DNA from: a virus
IMG/VR virus record: IMGVR_UViG_3300043015_002666
Location: 1-64,000 of that record
Reading direction: 5' to 3' (one strand)
Length of the DNA: 64,000 bases
Made by a program: the position numbers and the translations under genes. Positions 36,101 to 44,742 of this stretch are shown here, one piece after another; the stretch's first letter is position 1; each line of letters begins with the position of its first letter. The notes beneath the pieces are model-generated. The model made no database searches and had not been told where the DNA came from. It saw only the letters and a program-made list of their open reading frames with translations.

Positions 36101-39100
36101 CCGGCTACGATTGCAGATAACGTCGAAAGTATGGTGGATGCTGGCCTTGTTGCTGGCTCAAACAAGTACGCCAAAGAGGCGAATACGTACCGTGAAGCAC
36201 AGAAAAACGCCAAGTTTGAGCAAAAGCACGCAGATGAAGGTACCAAGAAGAAAGAAACCCTCCCTTTCTATGAAGATCTGTTATTTGACAGCGTGATTGT
36301 GGACGAAGGACACGATTTCCGTAACAGCTTCAAAATGGGCGGCTACGGCAACCGACTTGCTTACCTGCCAAACTCCGCACAAGCCAACCGCGCACTTGAT
36401 ATGCAGATGAAAAATAACCACATCAAGTCACGTAATGATGGCCGTGGTGTTTACATGCTGACAGCGACGCCAACGGTTAACAGCCCGGTTGATTTGTTCA
36501 ACATGCTGTCTCAGGTATTGCCACCAGAAACACTGGCAAAAATGGGCATTGTGGACGCGGACGACTTTATTCGTTTGTTTGGTCACACCGGCGAAACCGC
36601 AGTTACCAAGTTATCGGGCGAAGTGGATACGCGCGAGGCATTGCTAGGCTTCCAGAACCTAGACGCACTACGCAATATCTTTAAACGCTACACGACGGCC
36701 ATGTCGGCTGAAGACGTGCGATCTGACGTACACGTCCCTACTCTCAAAGCCATGACCAACGCGGTTGAAATGAGCGAAGAGCAAAAGGCCGTGTATGAAG
36801 AGCTCCGCCAGCGTGCCGACGCACTGAGTAACCCGGACGAACCTGAAAACCAAGATATCATCGAGCAGTACCCGAATGACTCTGTATTCAGCCTGATCCG
36901 CATGATGGACAAAGCGAACACGGATATGGACCTTTACCATGCCGTGATCACTTACCGATTCAAGAAAGGCGATAAAGACAAGCTTCAGGAAGCGATTGAT
37001 AAACTACCGAAAACTATCAAAGTTCGTCAGCCTAAGCTCGATGGCGAAGGCGAGCCGGTCCTTAATGCCGCCGGTCAAATGACCATGGAAGTGGTCGAGA
37101 TTGATGCTAATTACGATCTGGATACGGACGGCAAGTTCTTAACGCTCAAACTCGCGCAAGAACTGGACGGCCAATTCAGCAAGCTATGCAGTGACGCTGG
37201 TCTGAAATTCTCGCACCCGGTATCACCGAAATACGCCAAGTTCCTAGAAAACGCTAAGACGGCTTATCTCGCTGGTGGCAAGCAATTGGTATTCACGGAA
37301 GAGAAAACGCAGCACGTTAAATTGGCTCGTATCATAGCGGACTATATCGGCTGTGATATCTCAGAAATCGGGATCTTGAATAGTGACACGGTATCGGGCA
37401 AGAAAGGCTCTAAAGCGACGGAAGACGACGAAGAGGCGGGATTGGCTGCGCTTGAGAAAGCTTACAACTCAAGCCAATACAAATTCATGATCCTCAATAA
37501 AAAAGGTGAAGTGGGCGTGAACCTGCATCGTGGTACCACGGATATCCATCACCTTACTTTGCCTTGGACCCCATCTAGCTTGACTCAACGTAATGGCCGT
37601 GGCGCGCGTGTTGGCTCTAAAGCCTCTCAGGTGAACGTGCATTACTATGCCGGTAAGGGCTCGTTTGACCAATTCCGCATTGAAACCATCGAGCGCAAAG
37701 CGAAATGGATTCAAGACTTGTTCAATGGTGGCGAAAGCTATGTTGAGAACGGCAGTGCAGACGATGGCAGCGATACCGCTATCATGCTGGCCGCAGACCC
37801 GGAAGCAGCTAAGGCACGTATCGAGCAAGCACGCATCGAGCGCGAGCGTCGAATTAAACGTGAAGAGCAGCGACAGGCCGCTATCAACGTCAGCAAATAC
37901 GTTCAGGCTTCTATTGCTGCAAATACGGACCTAGAACCTATCCGCCAACGCTTAGCCGAGCTGGTGGATGAAATCGACAACCAGACCGAGAAGACCCGCG
38001 ACGCAGAAGAGCGCGCCAAAGGTGAAAAACGCAGTTCGTGGGAGTACAAGCGATTCAAAGATGAAAAAGATCGTCTGTTCACCCTGACGAAAGAGCGTGC
38101 GCAGCTTCAGAAGACCATCAAGCTTTCTGAAGAGGCCGGGAACACCATTAAACGCCTGAAATCCGTGGTTGAGTCTTCTATTCAAGATGGAACACTGGCC
38201 GGTTACGACGATATCACCACACACCCGGAGCTGTACGCGACTAAAAATGGCGTTGTTCTGCGTAAAGGCTACACGTATCACGTCAACGTACCAGCTTACT
38301 ACTGGAAAGAAGACAGCGAGCATGACGAATACATCCTAACGCTGGATGAATTCAACCGCGCTGAAGGGACCGCAACCGGGATCATCGTGAGCAAACCAAA
38401 CGAGGCTAACCCGACCGCCAGCGCAGGTACCCGCAAATCCAATATCGCGTTTGAGAAGTGGTTTAAGTTGGCTGAGGTGAATCATTCCGAGCAGGAACTT
38501 GCTTCACGCATTGCTAGCGGCATTCCGCTCAGTGCTATCCCAAGTACGATTGACCGTGAAACCTTCTTTGACTTCCACAAACGTGGTTTATTGGTGAAGT
38601 ACGGCCACTACACCAAGCCACTGGTTTACGTGGATAACGGTCGCGTAAAACAACTAGACAGTATGGAATTGCCTGACGGCGCATTCCTGATCTACCCGGA
38701 CTCAAGCGACCCATCGCTAATGAAAGCGTTAATCACGCAAGCCACCAGCGATCTAGAGCGCACCGGACGTGTAATGTTTGCTGACCATGGCACTATCCGT
38801 GCTCTAGTTGGCGAAGACTGGATGCAACAAGCGCAAGCCGGTGGTAACACTGCATCACAAAGTGACGTTGTAGCCGCTGTACAAAAAGCGGTTGAAGCGA
38901 CAGAGAGTGACGCGGAGAACCAGAGCGAGCTTAATGCCGGTCTGATTGAGGCCGCAGGGACTTACAGTGTTTCACGCATCAAGTTTGTGGAATGGGTACA
39001 AAATGAAGTAAACGCGATTAAGTGGGACGGCTATTCCAACCGTGACGAAATCAAGACACTCGTATCGGATGCCATGAAAGACTATCGCAGCTCGTTTAAG

Positions 39101-39859
39101 GCGCGTGGTGAAGTCAAACGACAGGAAACCATTGATAAACTGTTTGCAGACTATATCGCCCTACTCCAAAGCGATCCGAGCCGCAAAGAGCGTTTAATCA
39201 AACTGAATGAAGCTATGCAGCGTCGCAAACGTAGTCATGACTTTATGAATGACTTAGACGAACTCTACCCGGATGACAATTCCGCTATTGTGTCTGTTTA
39301 TGCTGACCTGACCATTACAGAGCGTCACTCTCAACTTGAGAACGGCGAGAAACTGCTAGCAACAAGCAGCTATTCACGTCGCAGTGCGCTAGATAAGTTT
39401 GATTCGGTTCGCTTGTCTTACCCGAACGTGTTCAGCCAGAAAATTGATGAACTGTACGGCGAGAAGGAAGTACCAGAGCCAGAGCCGGTGATTACCGAGC
39501 GCCAGCAAGAAAAGATTGAACAAATTCAATCGGTCGATTTTGACGGCATCGAGACACTTAAAACCGAACTGGCTAAGATTGGTATTACGGTCCAACCGGT
39601 GACACAAGACATTTCTTGGAAGTACAAGCGCAAGACTATCTCTATCAAAGCTTACGCGGGTATTGGCCTTCAAGATATCAATGAGAAGCAAGGCGCACTC
39701 GCTAAGCTACTTATGGGATATAAGAACAAGGACAACAAAGAGAAGTACGGCGCACGCTTCAATAGTGACCCTAGTGAAGACTTTGCCGGTGCGTGGTGGT
39801 TCATTGACTCGGAGAGTGATCTAGAATCATTCTACAACGACATTATGGCCGCTGCTTAA
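33200..39859 (+). CDS. giant N6-adenine methyltransferase + SNF2/DEAD-like helicase fusion (P1 DarB-like)
   Basis: 2219 aa. Methyltransferase motif I is EPASGVGVF and motif IV GNPPYG (33719-33730). Helicase motifs are GTGLGKT, DEGH (about 36304), LTATP and QRNGRGARVG. Confidence 0.9.
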   Translation: MLEKLRSAVLAVNSHSELLSVFNTYSISITPTSTKSANARVRANELAQSILKRVNGDFSQITDEEREQLRDYTGWGGIGGSTNEYYTPKWVASAVWDAMSAYGFTGGSILEPASGVGVFSETKPNNALMTSVEMDPTSSAINQILHPEDNVISSGFEAIAMDPNVGGFDVVTGNPPYGDRSSTIAQDGEYKDIKKNEQYFVLRSIDKAKPGGLIALVLPTQICDSSKLKKFRTRTAMKAEFLGAHRLPSGVFDGSSVVTDLVIWRKHSEEAAEQIANADPATLTESNVLWSDWINGKWFERDGLRFINGSQTIGFQGRKLVDRGNRSNEQIAKALSHKFESRIEWDQLDTVEPISEQYSDGDTIFHNGQQMEYDGGQWHAVQATEQQKTLDGATYGIEHLDSIGDATSTTKAMSQLTAEQAISLNDDYGHLCHGEFKTIVANIKKLPPRSREKAYKGILLGKQIEQYQNLLDLSRTDSDIALNDEEVATLRNKLAAKVMEMHMKHGRNLPTGIKSIDDKLAAHWMRYQGAVSKDGQLSDLLTGNLAVAQSEQYDMSRIDDVLHYFEHDRGMETVRLTDIRSVYLNEAAQLDDDQLINHLAGMENVAANRDGSFSPMRIATSGNVAGKKRNLTEAIAHTDNETLRANFMKQINTIEEKRDAIPINQIKMKLTDKWIPKHIMLEFLQDQGYTEFQLGRFVTDEDGFEDFVTDERGTTFTGYRWRDGKKVSSQGEEFERQIESYLNSGAVRGGSDNEQKAIVRERMRNLDRDFTNWCASSVHADELEGQYNDMFNGWIEPSYEGTDIDLEGVSGAIKFMPYQNSTIRKHAADGNGILALGTGLGKTLTALGLGQYLIQTNKASRIAYVMPKSVLDNWLFESDIFFGESNLGDKVFIGIDIERDDGNMVREVALDEDGKPRTDANGNAIKRPKVKVNTNGKKIAEQLHNLAQSSAKMVFMTKDVYNSIPLKPATIADNVESMVDAGLVAGSNKYAKEANTYREAQKNAKFEQKHADEGTKKKETLPFYEDLLFDSVIVDEGHDFRNSFKMGGYGNRLAYLPNSAQANRALDMQMKNNHIKSRNDGRGVYMLTATPTVNSPVDLFNMLSQVLPPETLAKMGIVDADDFIRLFGHTGETAVTKLSGEVDTREALLGFQNLDALRNIFKRYTTAMSAEDVRSDVHVPTLKAMTNAVEMSEEQKAVYEELRQRADALSNPDEPENQDIIEQYPNDSVFSLIRMMDKANTDMDLYHAVITYRFKKGDKDKLQEAIDKLPKTIKVRQPKLDGEGEPVLNAAGQMTMEVVEIDANYDLDTDGKFLTLKLAQELDGQFSKLCSDAGLKFSHPVSPKYAKFLENAKTAYLAGGKQLVFTEEKTQHVKLARIIADYIGCDISEIGILNSDTVSGKKGSKATEDDEEAGLAALEKAYNSSQYKFMILNKKGEVGVNLHRGTTDIHHLTLPWTPSSLTQRNGRGARVGSKASQVNVHYYAGKGSFDQFRIETIERKAKWIQDLFNGGESYVENGSADDGSDTAIMLAADPEAAKARIEQARIERERRIKREEQRQAAINVSKYVQASIAANTDLEPIRQRLAELVDEIDNQTEKTRDAEERAKGEKRSSWEYKRFKDEKDRLFTLTKERAQLQKTIKLSEEAGNTIKRLKSVVESSIQDGTLAGYDDITTHPELYATKNGVVLRKGYTYHVNVPAYYWKEDSEHDEYILTLDEFNRAEGTATGIIVSKPNEANPTASAGTRKSNIAFEKWFKLAEVNHSEQELASRIASGIPLSAIPSTIDRETFFDFHKRGLLVKYGHYTKPLVYVDNGRVKQLDSMELPDGAFLIYPDSSDPSLMKALITQATSDLERTGRVMFADHGTIRALVGEDWMQQAQAGGNTASQSDVVAAVQKAVEATESDAENQSELNAGLIEAAGTYSVSRIKFVEWVQNEVNAIKWDGYSNRDEIKTLVSDAMKDYRSSFKARGEVKRQETIDKLFADYIALLQSDPSRKERLIKLNEAMQRRKRSHDFMNDLDELYPDDNSAIVSVYADLTITERHSQLENGEKLLATSSYSRRSALDKFDSVRLSYPNVFSQKIDELYGEKEVPEPEPVITERQQEKIEQIQSVDFDGIETLKTELAKIGITVQPVTQDISWKYKRKTISIKAYAGIGLQDINEKQGALAKLLMGYKNKDNKEKYGARFNSDPSEDFAGAWWFIDSESDLESFYNDIMAAA

Positions 39860-39870
39860 GCGAACTAAGG

Positions 39871-39894
39871 GAAAGTTTGGCATGCCAAACTTTC
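39871..39894. repeat. perfect 24-bp palindrome; core repeated at 51108-51125
   Basis: GAAAGTTTGGCATGCCAAACTTTC, 12 nt after the stop of the giant gene. It could act as a terminator hairpin or as an operator. Confidence 0.6.
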
Positions 39895-39912
39895 TCTATT
39901 TGAGGAATTTAT

Positions 39913-40320
39913 ATGATTACTAAAGTTGAGTTACCGACGCCTGAAGCACTTAAGCCACTGCGTGACGAAGCGTTAGAAGGCACCACAGCGGACGAATGGA
40001 CGACTAAGCACTTATTGTCGATTACGTCATTACTGAGTGAGCATCCCCTCTCCTATCGCACGTATGGCCCTTACTGGTGGTCGATTAAGGCGCTATTGAA
40101 AGAGCGCGGTTTTGATTACGGCGAAGACGACGAACCGGTCACGCGTGAACACTTCAGCTACGCGGACCCGGTTGATTTGATTTGCGCGGCGTGGGCTTAT
40201 CAACAACACATCGTGGACATGCAGATCATTGGTTTTAACATTCATCCATTCACAATTGATGATGAACCGTTTGATTATTCCATCGAAGACACCGACCTAG
40301 AAGCAGCCCCATACCTTTAA
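39913..40320 (+). CDS. hypothetical acidic protein
   Basis: 135-aa ORF with a GAGGA Shine-Dalgarno. Confidence 0.7.
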   Translation: MITKVELPTPEALKPLRDEALEGTTADEWTTKHLLSITSLLSEHPLSYRTYGPYWWSIKALLKERGFDYGEDDEPVTREHFSYADPVDLICAAWAYQQHIVDMQIIGFNIHPFTIDDEPFDYSIEDTDLEAAPYL

Positions 40321-40406
40321 CCCAAACCGGGACCACCATTGGTCCCGGCTCATTTGCTCACACCCTTACCCACCGTTTTTGTGGATAACCCTTCTTACTT
40401 ATTTTT

Positions 40407-40666
40407 GATATCCGTAATGATATCTAAATTGATATCACAATAAATATCTAAAGTGATACCTTTCTAGGTATCCTTGTATATATCAATCAAGATATCTTTC
40501 TTGATACAAGTAACGGTATCCACTATGATACAACGATTGGTATCATTTTGAGTTTAAGTAACGATATCCATCTAGATATCACTAGGGATATCGAAGCTCA
40601 CACCAATGCAAACAACTACACACTAATATTGATATCAATCAAGATATCCCATTCGATATCTTTGAT
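40407..40666. repeat. upstream centromere-like array: GATATC-type hexamers on an exact 12-bp register
   Basis: Hexamers start at 40407+12n for n=0-11, as GATATC, GATACC, GGTATC, GATACA or TATATC. Further copies are at 40563, 40575 and 40587, and at 40631, 40643 and 40655. A DnaA box is at 40380-40388. Confidence 0.8.
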
Positions 40667-40687
40667 TGAGGTAAAAGGCTGATAAAA

Positions 40688-41473
40688 ATGAGAAAAATCA
40701 TGATTACCGCTAGAAAGGGCGGCGTTTGTAAAACAACTATCACTGTAAACTTGGCTTACACTCTGGCAAGGCTAGGGAAGAAAGTTTTAATTATCGACCT
40801 TGACGCACAGGCCGACTCAACCAAGTTTTATCGCGCTGGTCGTTCGGACTTTTACATTGGCGACGTACTACTTGAGCGCAAATTTGACATAAGAAAAGCA
40901 ATCTACAAGGCGCAGGTAAAAGGCGAAGAGTTGGAGAATTTACACATCATTCCGGGCCGACCTAATGACGAAATGACCGTGCTTGACAGACAAGTTTTCT
41001 CACTAAGTCGAAGCGAAGAGAGGCTAACTTACCAGCTTAACAAGCTCGATACTGACGAATACGACTTCCTACTTATCGACACATCACCAACGGCCACTAC
41101 GCTATCCATGAACGCAACCATGGCGTGTGACGAATTCCTTTTCCCTACCGATTTTACCGGCCTGTCTCTGGATGGCATCGACTCTATTATTGAGCACATT
41201 CAAGATCTCAAGCTGATTGAGGAAGATGAAATCAACTTCCTTGTGGTGCCGTCATCTGTAGATAAGAAGTCGGTTAAAACGGTTCGCTATGGTGAGGAAT
41301 ACATCGCGGCCAAATATCCAGACAACCGAACTAAAACCGTGATCTGGCAAAAGCCAGCCATTTTTAACGAGGCGGTATTGCGATTCCTGCCAATCGCAGC
41401 GATCAGCAATTCCGACATTTCATCTATTCACTACAAAGAACTAGCTCAAGAGGTACTTGATAATGTCCTTTAA
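40688..41473 (+). CDS. parA: ParA-family partition ATPase
   Basis: 261 aa with the deviant Walker A KGGVCKTT, then DLDAQ and IDTSP. Confidence 0.9.
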   Translation: MRKIMITARKGGVCKTTITVNLAYTLARLGKKVLIIDLDAQADSTKFYRAGRSDFYIGDVLLERKFDIRKAIYKAQVKGEELENLHIIPGRPNDEMTVLDRQVFSLSRSEERLTYQLNKLDTDEYDFLLIDTSPTATTLSMNATMACDEFLFPTDFTGLSLDGIDSIIEHIQDLKLIEEDEINFLVVPSSVDKKSVKTVRYGEEYIAAKYPDNRTKTVIWQKPAIFNEAVLRFLPIAAISNSDISSIHYKELAQEVLDNVL

Positions 41474-41873
41474 TCAAAAATTGTACGACGAACTATGCGA
41501 AAAGCGAGCTAGCGGAGTAGGGCTTAGGCCAGCGGAAAAAGCGGAACTCAGCAAGCTAGAAAAAGAGCTACGTCGCAGCAATAAGCCAGCTCAGGAAGAT
41601 AAACAGCCAGAAACAAACATTCTAGGCGCAAAAAATAACAGCGATAATGAGAAATCACCTAAGCTAATTCGCTTTGTTCAAGTGGAAAGACGCGCACTAA
41701 AAACGCGTCGTGAATCATTGTTAGCAGACTCGCCAGACGACGTTAAAGAGGCGTTAGGTTCAGTAAAAGCAGCCAGTGAAGATTTGCTGGTTAGAGCTGC
41801 CGTGCTAAGCCTATCAAGGCTTTCCGACAAAAAGCTCATTGCACTAATGAAAGAAGCTCAAATGAATTCGTGA
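41463..41873 (+). CDS. putative centromere-binding partition protein (small ParB/ParG-like)
   Basis: 136 aa, overlapping the parA stop by 11 nt, with an AGAGG Shine-Dalgarno. Called from position in a type-Ib-like par cassette. Confidence 0.55.
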   Translation: MSFNQKLYDELCEKRASGVGLRPAEKAELSKLEKELRRSNKPAQEDKQPETNILGAKNNSDNEKSPKLIRFVQVERRALKTRRESLLADSPDDVKEALGSVKAASEDLLVRAAVLSLSRLSDKKLIALMKEAQMNS

Positions 41874-42009
41874 TATCTGTGTTGATATCATTTCAGATAA
41901 CAAAAGAGATACCCAAAGCGGTATCTCTTTTTATATCTTATGTGATATTTAATTGGGTATCATTGATGATATATATACAGATATCAATTTAGATATCATT
42001 CAAGATATC
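41872..42009. repeat. downstream centromere-like array: 12 hexamers on a 12-bp register
   Basis: Hexamers start at 41872+12n for n=0-11 (GATATC and variants). The last copy overlaps the stop of the convergent 612-aa gene. Confidence 0.8.
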
Positions 42010-43838
42010 TTTCCTCGCTTGGCTGGCAACGCTGCCGCCGGGGAATAAATCCACTCCATGAAGTCGGCCATTAGCATAGGTACCACGGCACCCAACCCGG
42101 ACCAATCATCACTGTAGTTAGATAGGTAGGCTTGTTTCGCTTCAGACGGACTATGAAAACCGAGCATTACCTTGTGTTCATCAAACGCCCCGGAGTCGGG
42201 ATCGACCTGATTTATCACGTAAGCATACTTAGGCTTTTCATTCTCACCTAAGAACACATCCACTTCGTCACCGTCCGCACCTTGCGAGCCATAGATATAA
42301 CCGTAATGATGATTCATGCGGGTACGCCATTCCACGCCGTTCGCGTCGGTTCCTTTGCGGTCACTGCCTTTTGGATTCTCAATTTCAACCGGCAAACCAG
42401 CAAAGCGCAATGACCCGGTTTGGTAGTCATTGTTTTCTAGCTGTTCCTGCGTGGGTTCTGGCAAGTCGTTTTGTGGGGATGTGGCCGCTTTGTTAGCGAG
42501 CTCATCAATACGTGCTGACTCAAACATAAAGCCACCTTGCCCGGTTTGCTGCTCTTCCAAGCGTTGGCCGACTTGCGAGAGCACTTCAATTAACGTCACC
42601 TCACCACCACCAAACATATCACCAATGGCGCTACCATCTTTGCGGAGCTGTTCATTGATAACGTTCGCCAGTTCTTTAAAGGCTTCAGCCATGCGCTTGG
42701 CACTGCGATTGTTCGCAGAGATAAACCGGGCGAGGGCTTCCACTTCAGGATCGTTGTCACCAAACAACCCCGATTGCGCGATCAGTTCGTTAATGTCCTG
42801 TCCGCTGTCTTTTGCCTGTCTGACAAGCTCAGTCGCACTCACAAGCGAGTTAAGCGCCTTATCGGCTAATGACTCATCTTGCGACTCAACACCGCTTACA
42901 ATGCCATCTGACACCGATTTATGGACCACACCGTCTAGGTACTGCATTTCTACAAACTGACTGGCTGAACTGTTGAGCGCATTCAGAATGTTTCGAATTT
43001 CTGGATCAGGCTCTTCCGCCACCAGCTTAACCAGTCTGTCATTCTTGTACGCCTTGGCAAAGATGGCGTTTTGCATGCGATCTAGTAACTGGCGGGTAGG
43101 GCGACCGTCAGACGTCACCAGACCGGCGGCGGACGTATCACCAAGCGCACGCATGAACGATTGTACAAATCCATCATTACTGCGCGCTAGCAAGCTGCCA
43201 GACTCGGACGGCGAGAGTAGGGCCATCATTTTATCGTCCATGACTTCAGCATCGACCCAAGCCGTTTCTGACGCGCTCATTTGCTGCAAGTCAGAAAGGT
43301 TAGAATCACGCGCAAACGTGGCCCGGTCCATTTCGGTTAATCGTTCACGCACTAACACCGGCTTATCCATTCCTTTCACGACGTCAGAATCAAAGCCAAA
43401 GCGTTGAGCGTTATCAATTAAATACTGGCGATAATCATCACCCTTACTGGTGCTGTAGGCTTTCAAAATAGCCATGGTTCGACCGTTGCCAGACTCCACC
43501 ACCAGATCGGGACCAACAATAGGCGCACCATGCGAACTAAGGCCGCTATCAGTGAGCTGTGCCGGTCGCAGGTTCCCGGCCATCTTGTCAATCTGCATTA
43601 TCGAAGCTTTACGCGTGCGGTCGCGTGGCTGTAATTCTTCCGGGAACGCGGGGTTAATTTTGCCATCTGGCGTATTAGATGGAATAAGTTGATCCGCCTC
43701 GACCAACTTAAACGCGGTTTGGACCTCATCACCTTTGGCCGTGACAACAAAACTATCCCGGCCTTTCTGACTGGCACCGTCAAACAGTGCCAGTAGTTCA
43801 GAGAATGATTTAGCCCGTTGAATTGAGGCTAGAATCAT
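42000..43838 (-). CDS. ParB/Srx-like N-terminal domain fused to an inorganic-pyrophosphatase-like C-terminal domain
   Basis: N-terminus: QPRDRTR...VVESGNGRTMAILKAY. C-terminus: VEIENPKGS..RK, HHYGYIYGSQGADGDEVDVFLG and DPDSGAFDEHKVMLGF, which parallel the E. coli Ppa active-site blocks. Confidence 0.7.
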   Translation of the reverse strand: MILASIQRAKSFSELLALFDGASQKGRDSFVVTAKGDEVQTAFKLVEADQLIPSNTPDGKINPAFPEELQPRDRTRKASIMQIDKMAGNLRPAQLTDSGLSSHGAPIVGPDLVVESGNGRTMAILKAYSTSKGDDYRQYLIDNAQRFGFDSDVVKGMDKPVLVRERLTEMDRATFARDSNLSDLQQMSASETAWVDAEVMDDKMMALLSPSESGSLLARSNDGFVQSFMRALGDTSAAGLVTSDGRPTRQLLDRMQNAIFAKAYKNDRLVKLVAEEPDPEIRNILNALNSSASQFVEMQYLDGVVHKSVSDGIVSGVESQDESLADKALNSLVSATELVRQAKDSGQDINELIAQSGLFGDNDPEVEALARFISANNRSAKRMAEAFKELANVINEQLRKDGSAIGDMFGGGEVTLIEVLSQVGQRLEEQQTGQGGFMFESARIDELANKAATSPQNDLPEPTQEQLENNDYQTGSLRFAGLPVEIENPKGSDRKGTDANGVEWRTRMNHHYGYIYGSQGADGDEVDVFLGENEKPKYAYVINQVDPDSGAFDEHKVMLGFHSPSEAKQAYLSNYSDDWSGLGAVVPMLMADFMEWIYSPAAALPAKRGKIS

Positions 43839-44512
43839 GCGGCTACCTCTTCAGCAATGGCAAGCTCGCTTTGGTGATACTCAAACCATTTAATGGTACC
43901 GGTCTTTAACTCATCAAGGCTCAACTTATCCTTAAGCAATTCAAGTACGCGACGGAATGCGCTTTTATCAACCCCGGTAAACTCACCTAACTTAAATTTC
44001 TCTTCAATCGTCAGCTCTTTATCAGTTTCAGGCTCGTACTTCTTGATAAGCTTCATTGCCTTGGAGCGTTGCGCTCTATTCCACGTCCACGAATCATTCC
44101 CCTGATTTTCGCTTTCTTTACCGGCTTTTTCTTCCCAATAACTATACCCGCGTGATAAACGGCCTTTATAACCGAACTGGATGCCATGCTTAGAACGGAA
44201 AACCACATAGCCATCTTTTTGTTCTAGGACTGAATAATCCGGGTAAAAAGCCATCTCATATTCGTACCAGTTTGGGTAACTCAGAACGACGTCAAACGCC
44301 TTGATCTTGTCGGAACGACCCATTGCCTTAAAGTCGTCGAGAGAAATCACGTCCGCTTTGGGAGTGTTGGACGCTTTGAGTTTTTTCAGGATGGCAATGC
44401 GCTCTTTACCCTTGGCGATACGGTCCTTTAATGACAGTGAGCCATCGCGCAATTCTTTGATTAGGGAATTTAACTGACTGCTCAACCCTAGCTTTGTTTT
44501 TAAATCCATCAT
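43835..44512 (-). CDS. hypothetical protein
   Basis: 225-aa ORF with an ATGA overlap. Confidence 0.7.
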   Translation of the reverse strand: MMDLKTKLGLSSQLNSLIKELRDGSLSLKDRIAKGKERIAILKKLKASNTPKADVISLDDFKAMGRSDKIKAFDVVLSYPNWYEYEMAFYPDYSVLEQKDGYVVFRSKHGIQFGYKGRLSRGYSYWEEKAGKESENQGNDSWTWNRAQRSKAMKLIKKYEPETDKELTIEEKFKLGEFTGVDKSAFRRVLELLKDKLSLDELKTGTIKWFEYHQSELAIAEEVAA

Positions 44513-44742
44513 GACACCTCTACCACGAACCCAAACATGGTCGCCTTAAACATAAAATCTGCCGGGGAAACTTCCGGGCCTTCTGGCATGTGGCCGTATT
44601 CGTTCGGGATATCATCCCAAGGAAAACGCATACCCAAATCATCAAACTCTGGCTCTGCCGGTTCGTTCATATCGTAGCTATCGTAAAACGACACAAAACA
44701 AGTCCGCTCATCGCTACTGGTTAGCTTTAGTCGAATCATCAC
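44509..44742 (-). CDS. hypothetical acidic protein
   Basis: 77-aa ORF in the same operon. Confidence 0.6.
   Translation of the reverse strand: MMIRLKLTSSDERTCFVSFYDSYDMNEPAEPEFDDLGMRFPWDDIPNEYGHMPEGPEVSPADFMFKATMFGFVVEVS

Noticed and set aside
40407-42009. The GATATC repeat arrays could be a CRISPR array.
   Set aside because: The period is only 12 bp with 6-bp gaps. There are no unique spacers and no cas genes. The arrays flank a parA cassette, which fits a centromere.
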